Origin: Candidatus Saccharimonadota bacterium
Lineage (GTDB): Bacteria > Patescibacteriota > Saccharimonadia > Saccharimonadales > UBA10212
DNA: 64,000 bases
Direction: 5' to 3'
Assembly (NCBI GenBank): GCA_016187175.1
Contig: JACPKG010000022.1
Coordinates: forward strand, 11,989 to 75,988
This document shows positions 1 to 9,352 of the stretch, in pieces (position 1 is the first letter of the stretch; each line of letters opens with the position of its first letter). The notes beneath the pieces were generated by a model that saw only the letters and a list, made by a program, of their open reading frames with translations, was not told the origin of the DNA and did not search any database. A program made the translations under genes and the position numbers.

Positions 1-1
1 C

Positions 2-421
2 GGCTCCGAGCAGGCGTATGTTGAGCCGCTGCAGCGTATTTCCAGCGATGTTTGGTTTAGGTTGGGAATTTCAGATTTTCCATCGGTGTACAACCAGATA
101 TCACCGAATCCAGTCGCTGCAGTGCCATCTCTGCACGTAGCTTGGGCAGTCCTTCTATTGATCTTTGTAGGCAAACTTTACGGCCGGCGTTGGGGAATGT
201 TGACTCTTTTTTATCCACTGCTACTCATTTTTGGGGTCGTATATCAAGGGGAGCATTATGTCTTTGACGTATTGGCCGGGATGGCCTACGCTCTGGGGGC
301 TTATGCCTCGGCACCTTATATTGTTCGTTTCAGCCACCGCAAGATTTCGCCGCTGCTGCAGCGCTATCGCCAGGCTAAACTGAAGGCCAAACAACGGATG
401 TACAGCGCTTCATCAAAATGA
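2..421 (+). CDS. PAP2-superfamily membrane phosphatase/phosphotransferase, C-terminal part (5' end outside window)
   Basis: The frame is open from base 2. PAP2-like motifs PSLHVAW and GEHYVFDVLAG sit in a hydrophobic context. Track ORF 62..421 is only the part after an in-frame TTG. Confidence 0.6.
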   Translation, partial: GSEQAYVEPLQRISSDVWFRLGISDFPSVYNQISPNPVAAVPSLHVAWAVLLLIFVGKLYGRRWGMLTLFYPLLLIFGVVYQGEHYVFDVLAGMAYALGAYASAPYIVRFSHRKISPLLQRYRQAKLKAKQRMYSASSK

Positions 422-427
422 CTGCTA

Positions 428-433
428 TACAAT
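428..433 (+). promoter_or_regulatory. -10 box TACAAT, 6 nt before the ATG of 440..1264 (leaderless-type)
   Basis: gcTATACAATgtcattATG; there is no room for a Shine-Dalgarno. Confidence 0.45.
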
Positions 434-439
434 GTCATT

Positions 440-1264
440 ATGCGCGTTCTTGATAAAAAAAGACTCCGAGCCATAACCCCAAAACGCTTATTGACATTAA
501 CAGTCATTTTAGTATTAATTGGGTTTATTTGGTGGATATTAGATGGTTGGTCGAAAAACAATTCGTCGCCGGACACTGATAGCCAATCAACTAGTTCGGC
601 TCAAACAAAATTGCCTAACTTGGTTCCTTTTAACAAACAGCAAAGATCGGTTAATGACCCAGGCAGCCTGTGGGTAGTGGTTAATAAGGGCAGAATTTTG
701 CCAATTGATTTTGCTCCATCGCAGGTATTGCCCAATGTATCCCTGCATTATGATGCTTCTGCCAATGATTCCCATCTTCAACCAGACGCGGCTCAGGCAT
801 TGGAGACTATGACCTCAGTCGCTAAAAAAGACGGTATTTTACTGAAGCTTTTTAGCGGCTACCGCTCCTACTCCCAACAACGTTCGGTTTACAGCAATTT
901 TGTGGCTAGCCAGGGACAAGCCTATGCCGATGTTACCAGTGCCCGACCGGGCCATAGCGAACATCAGACAGGCTTAGCGGCTGACGTAGCGGCAACATCA
1001 GGCGAGTGCGATATCGAAATATGTTTTGGCGATATGGCCGAAGGTAAGTGGGTGGCGGCGAATTCATACAAATATGGCTTCATTTTGCGCTATCCCAAGG
1101 ACAAACAAAACCTGACTGGCTATGAGTACGAACCATGGCACCTGCGGTTTGTTGGCATAGATCTGGCTAGCCAGCTGTATAAGACTGGTGAAACGCTTGA
1201 ACAATTCTTCAACCTACCAACCTACGCTGACTACCCGGCCCAACCGTATAAATTAAAGTTATAG
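440..1264 (+). CDS. D-alanyl-D-alanine carboxypeptidase, peptidase M15B (VanY-like) with N-terminal membrane anchor
   Basis: VanY/M15B motifs SGYRSY, SEHQTGLAADV and EPWHLRFVG; hydrophobic helix near the N-terminus. Confidence 0.85.
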   Translation: MRVLDKKRLRAITPKRLLTLTVILVLIGFIWWILDGWSKNNSSPDTDSQSTSSAQTKLPNLVPFNKQQRSVNDPGSLWVVVNKGRILPIDFAPSQVLPNVSLHYDASANDSHLQPDAAQALETMTSVAKKDGILLKLFSGYRSYSQQRSVYSNFVASQGQAYADVTSARPGHSEHQTGLAADVAATSGECDIEICFGDMAEGKWVAANSYKYGFILRYPKDKQNLTGYEYEPWHLRFVGIDLASQLYKTGETLEQFFNLPTYADYPAQPYKLKL

Positions 1265-1283
1265 GGTGAGAGGTATAGGCAAG

Positions 1284-2192
1284 TTAATCCTTAGGATTAA
1301 CTTCGTGGCCGCCAAACTTATTACGCATTGCTGATAATAGTTTTGTAGAAAAGTTCGTCTGGCCTTTTTGACTAGCTAAACGCACATCAAAAGAAGTTTG
1401 AATTGCAGGCAGTGGTATACCCAACTCTCTAGCTGTCTCTAGCGTCCAGCGGGTTTCACCACTTTCGGAAACTATACCATCAATACCCGTAAGACTGGAG
1501 TTTTCGGTTAGGACTTGGCGAGTGAGTTCATTGAGCCAGCTATTTATGACGCTGCCGTGTTGCCAGACCCCGCCAGCGGCGGCTAAATCGATATTCTGAT
1601 AAGGACCTTCCCTCAACATACGGTATCCCTCAGCCAACGACTCCATCATGCCGTACTCAATCGCGTTATGTACCATTTTTACATAATGACCTGCACCGTT
1701 TGGACCAAAATATTGATATGCTCCTGATGGTTTTGACAACGTTTTAAGTGCTGGTTCGATTGTTTGATAGGCTGATTTATCGCCGCCGACCATCATAGAA
1801 AAGCCGTTTTGATATCCCCACACTCCACCGCTAGTACCGACGTCAACTAATACGCAACCGTGGTCGGTAGCTTGTTCCGCTCGCTTCATAGTTAATCTAA
1901 AGTCTGAGTTTCCGCCGTCAATCAATATGCTGCCCGTCGGGACTATAGCTAGCCATTCGTTGAGCTGATCATCAACTACATCAGCTGGGAGCATGAACCA
2001 AAGTACCAATTGCTCGCCCGAAAATAGCTGCAGTACGTCTTGTTTCGCATATGCAGGTTTAGTCCCGTAAGCCATGACTTTGTCTATGGGTTCACGGCTT
2101 CGGTTATGGACAACCACTGCGTGTCTGCCCTCTGCCAGTTTGCGGGCGATTTGTACCCCCATACGGCCCAGGCCAGCAATTGCTATTTTCAC
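1284..2192 (-). CDS. gnd: 6-phosphogluconate dehydrogenase (decarboxylating), short Gnd/YqeC type
   Basis: N-terminal Rossmann motif AGLGRMG and 6PGDH-like sequence throughout; 4-nt overlap with the upstream pgl. Confidence 0.8.
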   Translation of the reverse strand: MKIAIAGLGRMGVQIARKLAEGRHAVVVHNRSREPIDKVMAYGTKPAYAKQDVLQLFSGEQLVLWFMLPADVVDDQLNEWLAIVPTGSILIDGGNSDFRLTMKRAEQATDHGCVLVDVGTSGGVWGYQNGFSMMVGGDKSAYQTIEPALKTLSKPSGAYQYFGPNGAGHYVKMVHNAIEYGMMESLAEGYRMLREGPYQNIDLAAAGGVWQHGSVINSWLNELTRQVLTENSSLTGIDGIVSESGETRWTLETARELGIPLPAIQTSFDVRLASQKGQTNFSTKLLSAMRNKFGGHEVNPKD

Positions 2193-2860
2193 ACTGGGTC
2201 ACCTCGCCGATCGTTATAGATAGTTAGTTTGCCGACTGCCTTTAAGCACTGAGCCGGTAGAACACTGACTGGTAAATGCTTGGCTAATCGGTCAAGCATC
2301 GGCCACTTGGCCTCGCCTAGAGCATATGACACTACTTCGTCAAGGCGGGCTATAGCTCGTGGTGTCAATGTCAAGCGGATAAAATCATCACTTTGGTACC
2401 CAACCGCTAGTTTAGCAGAATTCACAGCCGGGCTGTGAGGCTTGATGCCGCCAGCATGGCCGTCAGGGCCTATCCCAATGAAGCCTAGCTTAAAATCTGC
2501 TTGCGACAAAGCGTCTTCAACAATTGTGCAGTAATCTGATGCAGTTTGCTCTAAGTCCTTGCCTGATAGCACAGGATACAGCTTAGCGCCGGGCAGATTA
2601 AATCCAGCGTCTAGTAATTGCTGCCAATTAGAGTCCGGATGTCCGATCGGGCCATAACGCTCATCTGATAGGGTAACAATTAAATTTCTAAGGTTAGCTC
2701 GGTTGAGCTTTGAAGCAACTTCGACTGCCAGCGGGATAGAAGAACCGCCAGTCACTAGCCATAGAACTCTTTTATCTTTAGCCAGGTGCCTATCCAATGT
2801 GATCGCCAAGTGGGCAACGACAGGTTCAATAGATGAAATCTTGCAAAAATTTATCCCCAT
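2189..2860 (-). CDS. pgl: 6-phosphogluconolactonase (GlcN6P-isomerase/6PGL family)
   Basis: Family motifs GGSS and GIGPDGHAGG; operon partner of gnd. Confidence 0.75.
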   Translation of the reverse strand: MGINFCKISSIEPVVAHLAITLDRHLAKDKRVLWLVTGGSSIPLAVEVASKLNRANLRNLIVTLSDERYGPIGHPDSNWQQLLDAGFNLPGAKLYPVLSGKDLEQTASDYCTIVEDALSQADFKLGFIGIGPDGHAGGIKPHSPAVNSAKLAVGYQSDDFIRLTLTPRAIARLDEVVSYALGEAKWPMLDRLAKHLPVSVLPAQCLKAVGKLTIYNDRRGDPV

Positions 2861-2867
2861 AAAGGGA

Positions 2868-2873
2868 ATTATA
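2868..2873 (-). promoter_or_regulatory. -10 box TATAAT, 7 nt before the ATG of pgl (leaderless-type)
   Basis: Minus sense reads TATAATtccctttATG. Confidence 0.5.
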
Positions 2874-2908
2874 TAGTACGGCTAATACAAAAGATGTGAA
2901 TGTTAATG

Positions 2909-2938
2909 AAAAGGCGCTCTTTTTACGGAGCGCCTTTT
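2909..2938 (-). terminator. GC-rich hairpin with flanking A/T runs (bidirectional-looking intrinsic terminator)
   Basis: aaaaggcgctc-tttttac-gagcgcctttt; lies downstream of the tRNA-Gln/orf100 unit. Confidence 0.45.
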
Positions 2939-3083
2939 CGATAAAGAAGTCATTTCTGACATCTCTATCACCACCTCACGATGGCATAATATAATCTACT
3001 CTCCTCAAAGACGTTTGTCAACTAAGTAGGCTGTGATTTAATGTTGTAATTTAGTCAATGGCTGAGCATACGGGCCTACTAGT

Positions 3084-3386
3084 TTACTTGCCACGTTGAC
3101 CGCGTGTATAGATCTCGGAGCCGATAGAATGTTTATTCCACTCTTTGTCATTAAGAGCGCGCACGTTGCTCCATGAAAAATGTAAATCGGACATGGTTAG
3201 CGCGGAGGATATCCATCTTAGTTTTTTGTCCTTTAAGACGTGTAGTTCGCCTTTGTTTTTCAGATGAACTACTTCAAAAGCACTTCCTATATCACTAACT
3301 GGGAATTTATGTCGATAGTACACAGCTTTAATATGCGGCAGAAGTTTTGCGAGCGCCTGTAGCGCTACCTCCCGTCCTCTTTCCAA
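3084..3386 (-). CDS. hypothetical protein (100 aa, TTG start)
   Basis: ORF only; it starts 7 nt after the 3' end of tRNA-Gln; no recognisable motif or RBS. Confidence 0.35.
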   Translation of the reverse strand: MERGREVALQALAKLLPHIKAVYYRHKFPVSDIGSAFEVVHLKNKGELHVLKDKKLRWISSALTMSDLHFSWSNVRALNDKEWNKHSIGSEIYTRGQRGK

Positions 3387-3393
3387 TTCTTAC

Positions 3394-3467
3394 TGGCTTC
3401 GGGACTTGGATTCGAACCAAGATTGCTGGGACCAAAACCCAGTGTCCTACCGTTAGACGATCCCGAA
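3394..3467 (-). tRNA. tRNA-Gln (anticodon UUG), CCA encoded
   Basis: Hand-folded cloverleaf: acceptor TTCGGGA/TCCCGAA, anticodon arm CTGGG-TTTTGGT-CCCAG, T arm CTTGG-TTCGAAT-CCAAG. Confidence 0.9.
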
Positions 3468-3549
3468 TTATTTAGTGCTGGACAGGCAAAACCCGTGACT
3501 TATTGTAACAGTTTAACGTCCACAGTTTTACAGACTAGACTAAACACCT

Positions 3550-3555
3550 TATAAT
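3550..3555 (+). promoter_or_regulatory. -10 box TATAAT, 14 nt before the ATG of 3570..4502
   Basis: ccTTATAATctgagctagagtttATG; implies a very short 5' UTR without an SD. Confidence 0.4.
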
Positions 3556-3569
3556 CTGAGCTAGAGTTT

Positions 3570-4502
3570 ATGTCGAAAACCGCCAAAAATGCGGCAGAGT
3601 ATATCCTGCCTCTTTATATGAATGGTCTTTCTGGCCGCATGCTACGCTTGCCGCCCAAGAAAAATAAACAGCGGGAGATGTTGCTAGTGTACGGGCACCA
3701 TACAAGTATAGAACGGATGATAGGCATGGCCGAGTACCTGAACCGCTACGGCGGTGTAACTATGCCGGATTTACCCGGTTTTGGCGGCATGGAAGCGTTT
3801 TATAAAATTGGCGAAAAACCGACACTGGACAACTTAGCGGATTATTTGGCTGCTTTTATCAAACTGCGCTATCGAAACAGGCGTATAACTATTGCTGGAT
3901 TTAGCCTGGGCTTCCCTATAGTGACCCGCATGCTGCAAAAATACCCCGAACTAGTTAATAAGGTCGATATGCTTGTAAGTATCGTTGGGTTTGTGCACAA
4001 AGACAATTTTGTTTTTAGCAAACAACGCTACTTGTTTTATCGATTGGGCTCCAAATTTTTTTCGTATAGATTACCAGCAACTTTTTATAAACATCTTATT
4101 TTAAGGCCGATATTCATTCGCTACATTTATCGTCACCTATTTAATGCTAAGCAGAAGTTCGAAGGCAAAAAGGCCCAAGAACTCCAAGAAGCTATTGATA
4201 TGGAGATCTATCTTTGGCGCTGCAATGACCCAAGAACCTATATGTCTACGGGCCATATAATGTTTACGCTTAACTTGTTAGGTTCGCATGTCGATCTGCC
4301 CGTCTATCATGTGGCCGTAAGCAACGACCGCTATTTTAATAATCTGAGGGTAGAACAACACATGCGAACCATATTCAAAGACTTTTATTTAATTAAAACT
4401 AGGATGCCAAGCCATATGCCATCTGTGATTGCAACTGCTTATCAGGCAGGTTCGTTTGTTCCGGAAGCCATGCGTCGGATGCTGCGGAAAGATCCAAAAT
4501 AA
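3570..4502 (+). CDS. alpha/beta-fold hydrolase
   Basis: Nucleophile elbow GFSLG after an HG-type oxyanion region (VYGHH); length and pattern typical of the alpha/beta hydrolase fold. Confidence 0.7.
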   Translation: MSKTAKNAAEYILPLYMNGLSGRMLRLPPKKNKQREMLLVYGHHTSIERMIGMAEYLNRYGGVTMPDLPGFGGMEAFYKIGEKPTLDNLADYLAAFIKLRYRNRRITIAGFSLGFPIVTRMLQKYPELVNKVDMLVSIVGFVHKDNFVFSKQRYLFYRLGSKFFSYRLPATFYKHLILRPIFIRYIYRHLFNAKQKFEGKKAQELQEAIDMEIYLWRCNDPRTYMSTGHIMFTLNLLGSHVDLPVYHVAVSNDRYFNNLRVEQHMRTIFKDFYLIKTRMPSHMPSVIATAYQAGSFVPEAMRRMLRKDPK

Positions 4503-4504
4503 CC

Positions 4505-4510
4505 TATAAT
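4505..4510 (+). promoter_or_regulatory. -10 box TATAAT, 12 nt before the ATG of 4523..5779
   Basis: cCTATAATgcaactaacgagATG. Confidence 0.4.
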
Positions 4511-4522
4511 GCAACTAACGAG

Positions 4523-5779
4523 ATGAAAATAGGATTAGTTTGTCCGTACAACATGTTCGACCGGCCGGGCGGTGTGCCACAGGTGGTTATGCATCTGCAC
4601 GAGGGCTTAAAGAAAAGGGGTCATAGCGTAAAAGTTATTACCCAAAGACCGTCTAGTTTTAAGGGAGAAGTACCAGAAGACTATCTCCTCTTTGGCGTCA
4701 GCCGAACATTTAAGGGTGGTTTTGGTACTGAAGGCAACTGGGGTATGCCGTCAGATAGTGAAGAAATTGCCAAGGTGCTACAACAAGAACAATTCGATGT
4801 TATTAATTTCCACGAACCCTGGATGCCTATGCTGGCATGGCAAATGGTTAAACATTCTCAAGCTGCCCATATAGGTACGTTTCACGCTAACCTGATTGAT
4901 ACTGTCGCTGGTAAATCTTGGACAAGCACCATTTTTAAACCTTATGGCCGCCCCCTGCTTAGAAAGATGGATATTTTTACCGCTACCTCTCCTGCTTCCT
5001 CAGCTATGTTAATTAGTCGAGCTAACATGCATTCACCAATAGAGAGAGAATTGATTGAAAGTCTGCAATATATACCCTGCGGTGTAGATTTAAAAGTATT
5101 TAAGCCACTCAAAAAAAGACAGGCTTTAAGTGGACCAAACACTAAAACCATAGTCTATGTAGGCAGGCTTGAAAAACGCAAAGGGGTTGATTTCTTACTT
5201 TCAGCTTTTGCCGAGCTTCTTAAAACAATGCCGGAGACTCATTTAATTATTGCTGGATCGGGCTTGAGGGCCAATAAACTGAAAAAGCTCGCCGAGACTG
5301 AAAGCATTAAAAACGTCTACTTTCCAGGATACGTAACCGATGAGGAAAAACGACGCTTACTGGCTAACGCTGACTTGGCTTGCTTTCCCTCTACCTACGG
5401 AGAAGGCTTTGGAATTGTACTGCTAGAGGCCATGGCGATGGGTACACCATTGCTGGCTGGTAACAATCTTGGTTATATCAATGTCATGAAAGGTCATGGC
5501 CGAATTGGTCTGGTTGATCCCCAGGCCACTACTGATTTTGCCAATCGTATGGCTGTTTTTCTGTCCGACAATGAGTTACGAAAACTAATAACGGTCTGGG
5601 CCTTAAGTGAGGTGAAAAAATATGACTACCCGAAGATCATCAATCAATACGAGGATGTCTACAAAAAAGCTGTTCTTAAATGGCGTAAGAAACGGCACCT
5701 GAATGGAGAAAATGCCAGGAATGAGAAAAAATTCTGGAAAATTAAGCGTCGCTTTTTGTTACGACGACAGCCTAGATAA
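4523..5779 (+). CDS. glycosyltransferase family 4 (GT-B)
   Basis: C-terminal GT4 signature EGFGIVLLEAMAMGTP and GRLEKRKG. Confidence 0.85.
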   Translation: MKIGLVCPYNMFDRPGGVPQVVMHLHEGLKKRGHSVKVITQRPSSFKGEVPEDYLLFGVSRTFKGGFGTEGNWGMPSDSEEIAKVLQQEQFDVINFHEPWMPMLAWQMVKHSQAAHIGTFHANLIDTVAGKSWTSTIFKPYGRPLLRKMDIFTATSPASSAMLISRANMHSPIERELIESLQYIPCGVDLKVFKPLKKRQALSGPNTKTIVYVGRLEKRKGVDFLLSAFAELLKTMPETHLIIAGSGLRANKLKKLAETESIKNVYFPGYVTDEEKRRLLANADLACFPSTYGEGFGIVLLEAMAMGTPLLAGNNLGYINVMKGHGRIGLVDPQATTDFANRMAVFLSDNELRKLITVWALSEVKKYDYPKIINQYEDVYKKAVLKWRKKRHLNGENARNEKKFWKIKRRFLLRRQPR

Positions 5780-6866
5780 ATATGATGGGGTAGCCCAGTA
5801 CGTTAAGATTTTGGGTCAGTGGCTGAACTCTAATGGCCACAAGGTCGTGTATTTTGTAGGCGAAACTAAAATGCGTGAATGGGTTGGCGATCCAGTTTTT
5901 AGCATGTCTAAAAATAAAGAAGTTGTTTTTAACAGAAACTACGTTACTATCCCCTTGCCTGCCAGCAAGGAGTATATCAACAGAGTGCTAGCCAAGCACA
6001 ATATAGATATTCTACACGTTCAGATGCCTTACTCTCCATTTATGACTGGCAGGATTATCAACCGCATTAAACCGCAAACAGCAGTAGTCGGCACTTTTCA
6101 TATTTACCCGGCTGGTTTTCTAGCTAGCTTCGGTACCCGACTATTACGACAACTTTGCCGACGATCATTACGGCGTTTTTCGACCGTTCTAGCGGTCAGT
6201 CCTGCGGCCGCGGACTTTGCCAAAAAGACCTTTGGTATCGATGCGGCTGTCTCGTCCAATGTAGTTGAACTGGCAAGATTTAAAACGGTAGACGTCAAAC
6301 CGCAAAAGAATCACATAGTTTTTCTGGGCCGGCTCGTTAAGCGCAAGGGTTGCAGAGAACTACTGATGGCCTTTCGCCTTTTAAGGCTCCGTGTACCTGG
6401 CGTCAGGTTAACTATTGCCGGCGATGGTCCTCAGCGGCGTCGATTAGAGAAGTTAGTCAAACGATACAAGTTAGGCGAGTCAGTAAAGTTCACCGGATTT
6501 GTTAGCGAGAAGGATAAGCCAGACTTGTTGGCGACAGCCGACATTGCTTGCTTTCCATCACTGGGTGGTGAGAGCTTTGGCGTAGTCTTGGTTGAAGCCA
6601 TGGCCGCCGGCGCCGGTGTGGTAGTTGGCGGCAATAACCCCGGATATGCAACAGTGCTGTCGGGGCGGCCAAAAACCTTAGTTGATCAACGTAACATATC
6701 TAATCTGGCGCGGCAGCTAGAGTTATTTCTAACTGACCGAAAGCTTACCCAAGACGTACACGCCTGGCAGCAGAAACTTGTTCAACGATACGATGTAGAT
6801 TTGGTCGGTAAGCAAGTCGTTGAAGTTTACCGCCACGCGCGATTGCTAAAGCTGCAAGAAAGATAG
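5703..6866 (+). CDS. glycosyltransferase family 4 (GT-B); start uncertain (5703, 5712 or 5721)
   Basis: GT4 signature ESFGVVLVEAMAAG and GRLVKRKG; overlaps the 3' end of the upstream GT4 gene. Confidence 0.8.
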   Translation: MEKMPGMRKNSGKLSVAFCYDDSLDKYDGVAQYVKILGQWLNSNGHKVVYFVGETKMREWVGDPVFSMSKNKEVVFNRNYVTIPLPASKEYINRVLAKHNIDILHVQMPYSPFMTGRIINRIKPQTAVVGTFHIYPAGFLASFGTRLLRQLCRRSLRRFSTVLAVSPAAADFAKKTFGIDAAVSSNVVELARFKTVDVKPQKNHIVFLGRLVKRKGCRELLMAFRLLRLRVPGVRLTIAGDGPQRRRLEKLVKRYKLGESVKFTGFVSEKDKPDLLATADIACFPSLGGESFGVVLVEAMAAGAGVVVGGNNPGYATVLSGRPKTLVDQRNISNLARQLELFLTDRKLTQDVHAWQQKLVQRYDVDLVGKQVVEVYRHARLLKLQER

Positions 6867-6871
6867 ATAAT
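6866..6871 (+). promoter_or_regulatory. -10 box GATAAT, 7 nt before the ATG of 6879..7976 (leaderless-type)
   Basis: taGATAATtaagcccATG; overlaps the stop codon of the upstream gene. Confidence 0.4.
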
Positions 6872-6878
6872 TAAGCCC

Positions 6879-7976
6879 ATGGAGTCTGGCCAAAAAGTTA
6901 CGGTTAGTGTTGCCAACCGAACAATTGTCCGAGCAATCTTGTGGGTTGTAGCAGCTATACTTATTTATCGGTTTATCGGACAAATCTCTCATGTACTGAC
7001 TCTTATTCTGGCGGCCATATTCTTAGCTTTGGCGCTTAATCCGGTTGTTGCCTGGATTCGTCGTCGCCTGCACATTGACAGCCGCATCAGAGCTACCGCT
7101 GTGGCTTATTTATTGGTTGTAGTATTTTTGAGCGCTTTCGTGGCCCTGATAGTTCCGCCATTAGTCCGCCAGACCAGAGATTTTATTAAGGACGTTCCGA
7201 CAACTGTTGAGAACTTTCAAAAACAGAATTCCTCGCTGGCAGCAGCAGCCAAACGTTACAACCTAGACGAGAAGCTAAGTCAAGCGGCTAAGGATTTTAC
7301 ATCTAACTACGGCAACTTTGGCACTACTTTGCTGGATACTGGACGAAGGGTAGCTGAAGCAGTGATTTCATTCTTCGTGGTCTTGGTTTTGACATTTATG
7401 ATGCTTGTCGAGGGGCCGCGGTGGCTAACTTGGTATTTGGAAACACTACCCGAAAAACAGCGTAGCCGTCACAAAAAAGTATTGAATAGAATATATAAAG
7501 CCGTCAGCGGCTTCGTGAATGGACAAGTCATATTAGCGGCCGTGGCTGGTTTTTTTGCATTTATTGCTCTAGAAATCGCCAGCCAAATTCTAGATGTTAG
7601 CGTCAATGCTGTGGCTCTAGCCGGCATTGTGGCAGTATTTGGCATTATTCCACTTTTCGGTAATCCTATCGCTGCCGCAGTGGTAGTACTTGTTAGTTTG
7701 CTCAGCTCTGTCAGTTTAGGCATTACTATGGCTATATATTTTACGATTTACTTTTTTATCGAAAACCATACTTTTCAACCCTATATACAGGCCCGGCTCA
7801 ATGAGTTGTCGCCACTGCTGGTACTTATTTCGGCTTTAGTAGGCGTGGGCTTTGGTGGCATACTTGGGGCAATAATTGCCATCCCAGCCGCTAGTACAGT
7901 CAAGATTATATTAGAGGATCAGTTACTGCAGCGCGGTATTAACACTAGCCGTAGCACCCGTAGCGCGTCAGGCTAA
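6879..7976 (+). CDS. AI-2E family transporter (PerM/YhhT-like permease)
   Basis: Multi-pass membrane protein with the typical AI-2E C-terminal region GGILGAIIAIPAA. Confidence 0.8.
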   Translation: MESGQKVTVSVANRTIVRAILWVVAAILIYRFIGQISHVLTLILAAIFLALALNPVVAWIRRRLHIDSRIRATAVAYLLVVVFLSAFVALIVPPLVRQTRDFIKDVPTTVENFQKQNSSLAAAAKRYNLDEKLSQAAKDFTSNYGNFGTTLLDTGRRVAEAVISFFVVLVLTFMMLVEGPRWLTWYLETLPEKQRSRHKKVLNRIYKAVSGFVNGQVILAAVAGFFAFIALEIASQILDVSVNAVALAGIVAVFGIIPLFGNPIAAAVVVLVSLLSSVSLGITMAIYFTIYFFIENHTFQPYIQARLNELSPLLVLISALVGVGFGGILGAIIAIPAASTVKIILEDQLLQRGINTSRSTRSASG

Positions 7977-9352
7977 TAGGTACGAGACCAGACGGGTCCG
8001 TGGGGTGTATCATTGATTTCAATGTCCTGGAGCTCTAACTGTTTGCGCAGCTGATCGGCCCTTTTCCAATTACTGTTCTTTCTAGCTTGCTCACGACGGA
8101 CTATGATGTCTCTAACGTGATTGGTGATATCACTGCGACCAGATAACGCCAGGCCGAAAAGCGCGTCAAGGTCGCTCAGCAGAGAGCTTTGCTTGTCAAT
8201 GTCAATGCCCTCTTGTTCGGCCAGTGAAACTAAACCAGATAACTCCGCCAGACCCAGACCAGTGTTCAGGTCATCGGAGAGCGCTTGTATGATCTTAGCC
8301 AGCGATTGCCCATAGCTTTGGCCGGCACCTTTTTTGCGGCCTAACTCTGGTTGAAACTTTAAATCAGCCCACGCTTGCAGGCGCCTCAAGAAAGCCTGGG
8401 CGGCAGCTAGACTTTCCCACGTGAAGTTCAGTTGGCTTCGATAGTGTGCCTGTAGGACTAAGAGACGAAAAGCTAGAGGGTCAAATTGCTTTTTAGTAAT
8501 ATCGTTTAGTGTATAGAAATTTTTTAGACTCTTGCTCATTTTGCGCCCATCAACCAACAGATGCTCACTATGCAAAAAGTAGTTAGCCAGCGGCTTACCG
8601 AAAGCAGCCCGACTTTGAGCTATCTCATTTTCATGGTGCGGAAAGATTAGGTCAACACCACCGGTATGTATATCGAAAGGTTGACCCAGATATTTGACTG
8701 ACATGGCAGAGCATTCAATATGCCAGCCGGGACGGCCCGTCATATCCCGGCCTTCTATAGCAAAATCCCATGACGGCTCATCGCCAGCCTTGACTTTCCA
8801 AAGAGCGAAATCGGCTACGTGGTCCTTATCATATTCGTCATTGTTGATCCGGTGGTGTGTATGTGTCCGGTCGAGCTTTATTAGTACGCCGTAATTTGAG
8901 TCATTGGTAATATCAAAATATACTCCGTCCTCGCTAAGGTATTTATTGGGAATATTTTTGATGAGGACTTGCATATCATTAATGTGTTGGGTGGCGCGGA
9001 CAATTTTAGAATCTGAAAAATCAATTCCAATTTTTTGGGCATCGTTAAAAAAAATCTTTTCGTAGTGTTCGGTTAGCCTCGACAAGGCCTCTGCTGGATT
9101 TAAATTAGGATATTTTTGGTGACTACGCTTGATCGTCTTATCGTCAATGTCAGTAATATTCATAACGTGGTTTAGGCGGTAATTGTTCCTTTTTAGGATG
9201 CGCCGCAGTGTGTCTTCAAAGATATACGTTCGCAGGTTACCAATATGCACATGGTCATAGACAGTCGGACCACAGGTGTAAAGAGTCACCTGGCCGGGCT
9301 TAATTGGCCTAAAATCTTCGAGTTGGCGAGTTAGTGAATTATAAAATTTCAT
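7973..9352 (-). CDS. cysS: cysteine--tRNA ligase
   Basis: Class I motifs HIGNLRTY and KMSKS. I trimmed the start to MKFYNS (9352), because the track ORF extends upstream into the DHH gene. Confidence 0.92.
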   Translation of the reverse strand: MKFYNSLTRQLEDFRPIKPGQVTLYTCGPTVYDHVHIGNLRTYIFEDTLRRILKRNNYRLNHVMNITDIDDKTIKRSHQKYPNLNPAEALSRLTEHYEKIFFNDAQKIGIDFSDSKIVRATQHINDMQVLIKNIPNKYLSEDGVYFDITNDSNYGVLIKLDRTHTHHRINNDEYDKDHVADFALWKVKAGDEPSWDFAIEGRDMTGRPGWHIECSAMSVKYLGQPFDIHTGGVDLIFPHHENEIAQSRAAFGKPLANYFLHSEHLLVDGRKMSKSLKNFYTLNDITKKQFDPLAFRLLVLQAHYRSQLNFTWESLAAAQAFLRRLQAWADLKFQPELGRKKGAGQSYGQSLAKIIQALSDDLNTGLGLAELSGLVSLAEQEGIDIDKQSSLLSDLDALFGLALSGRSDITNHVRDIIVRREQARKNSNWKRADQLRKQLELQDIEINDTPHGPVWSRTY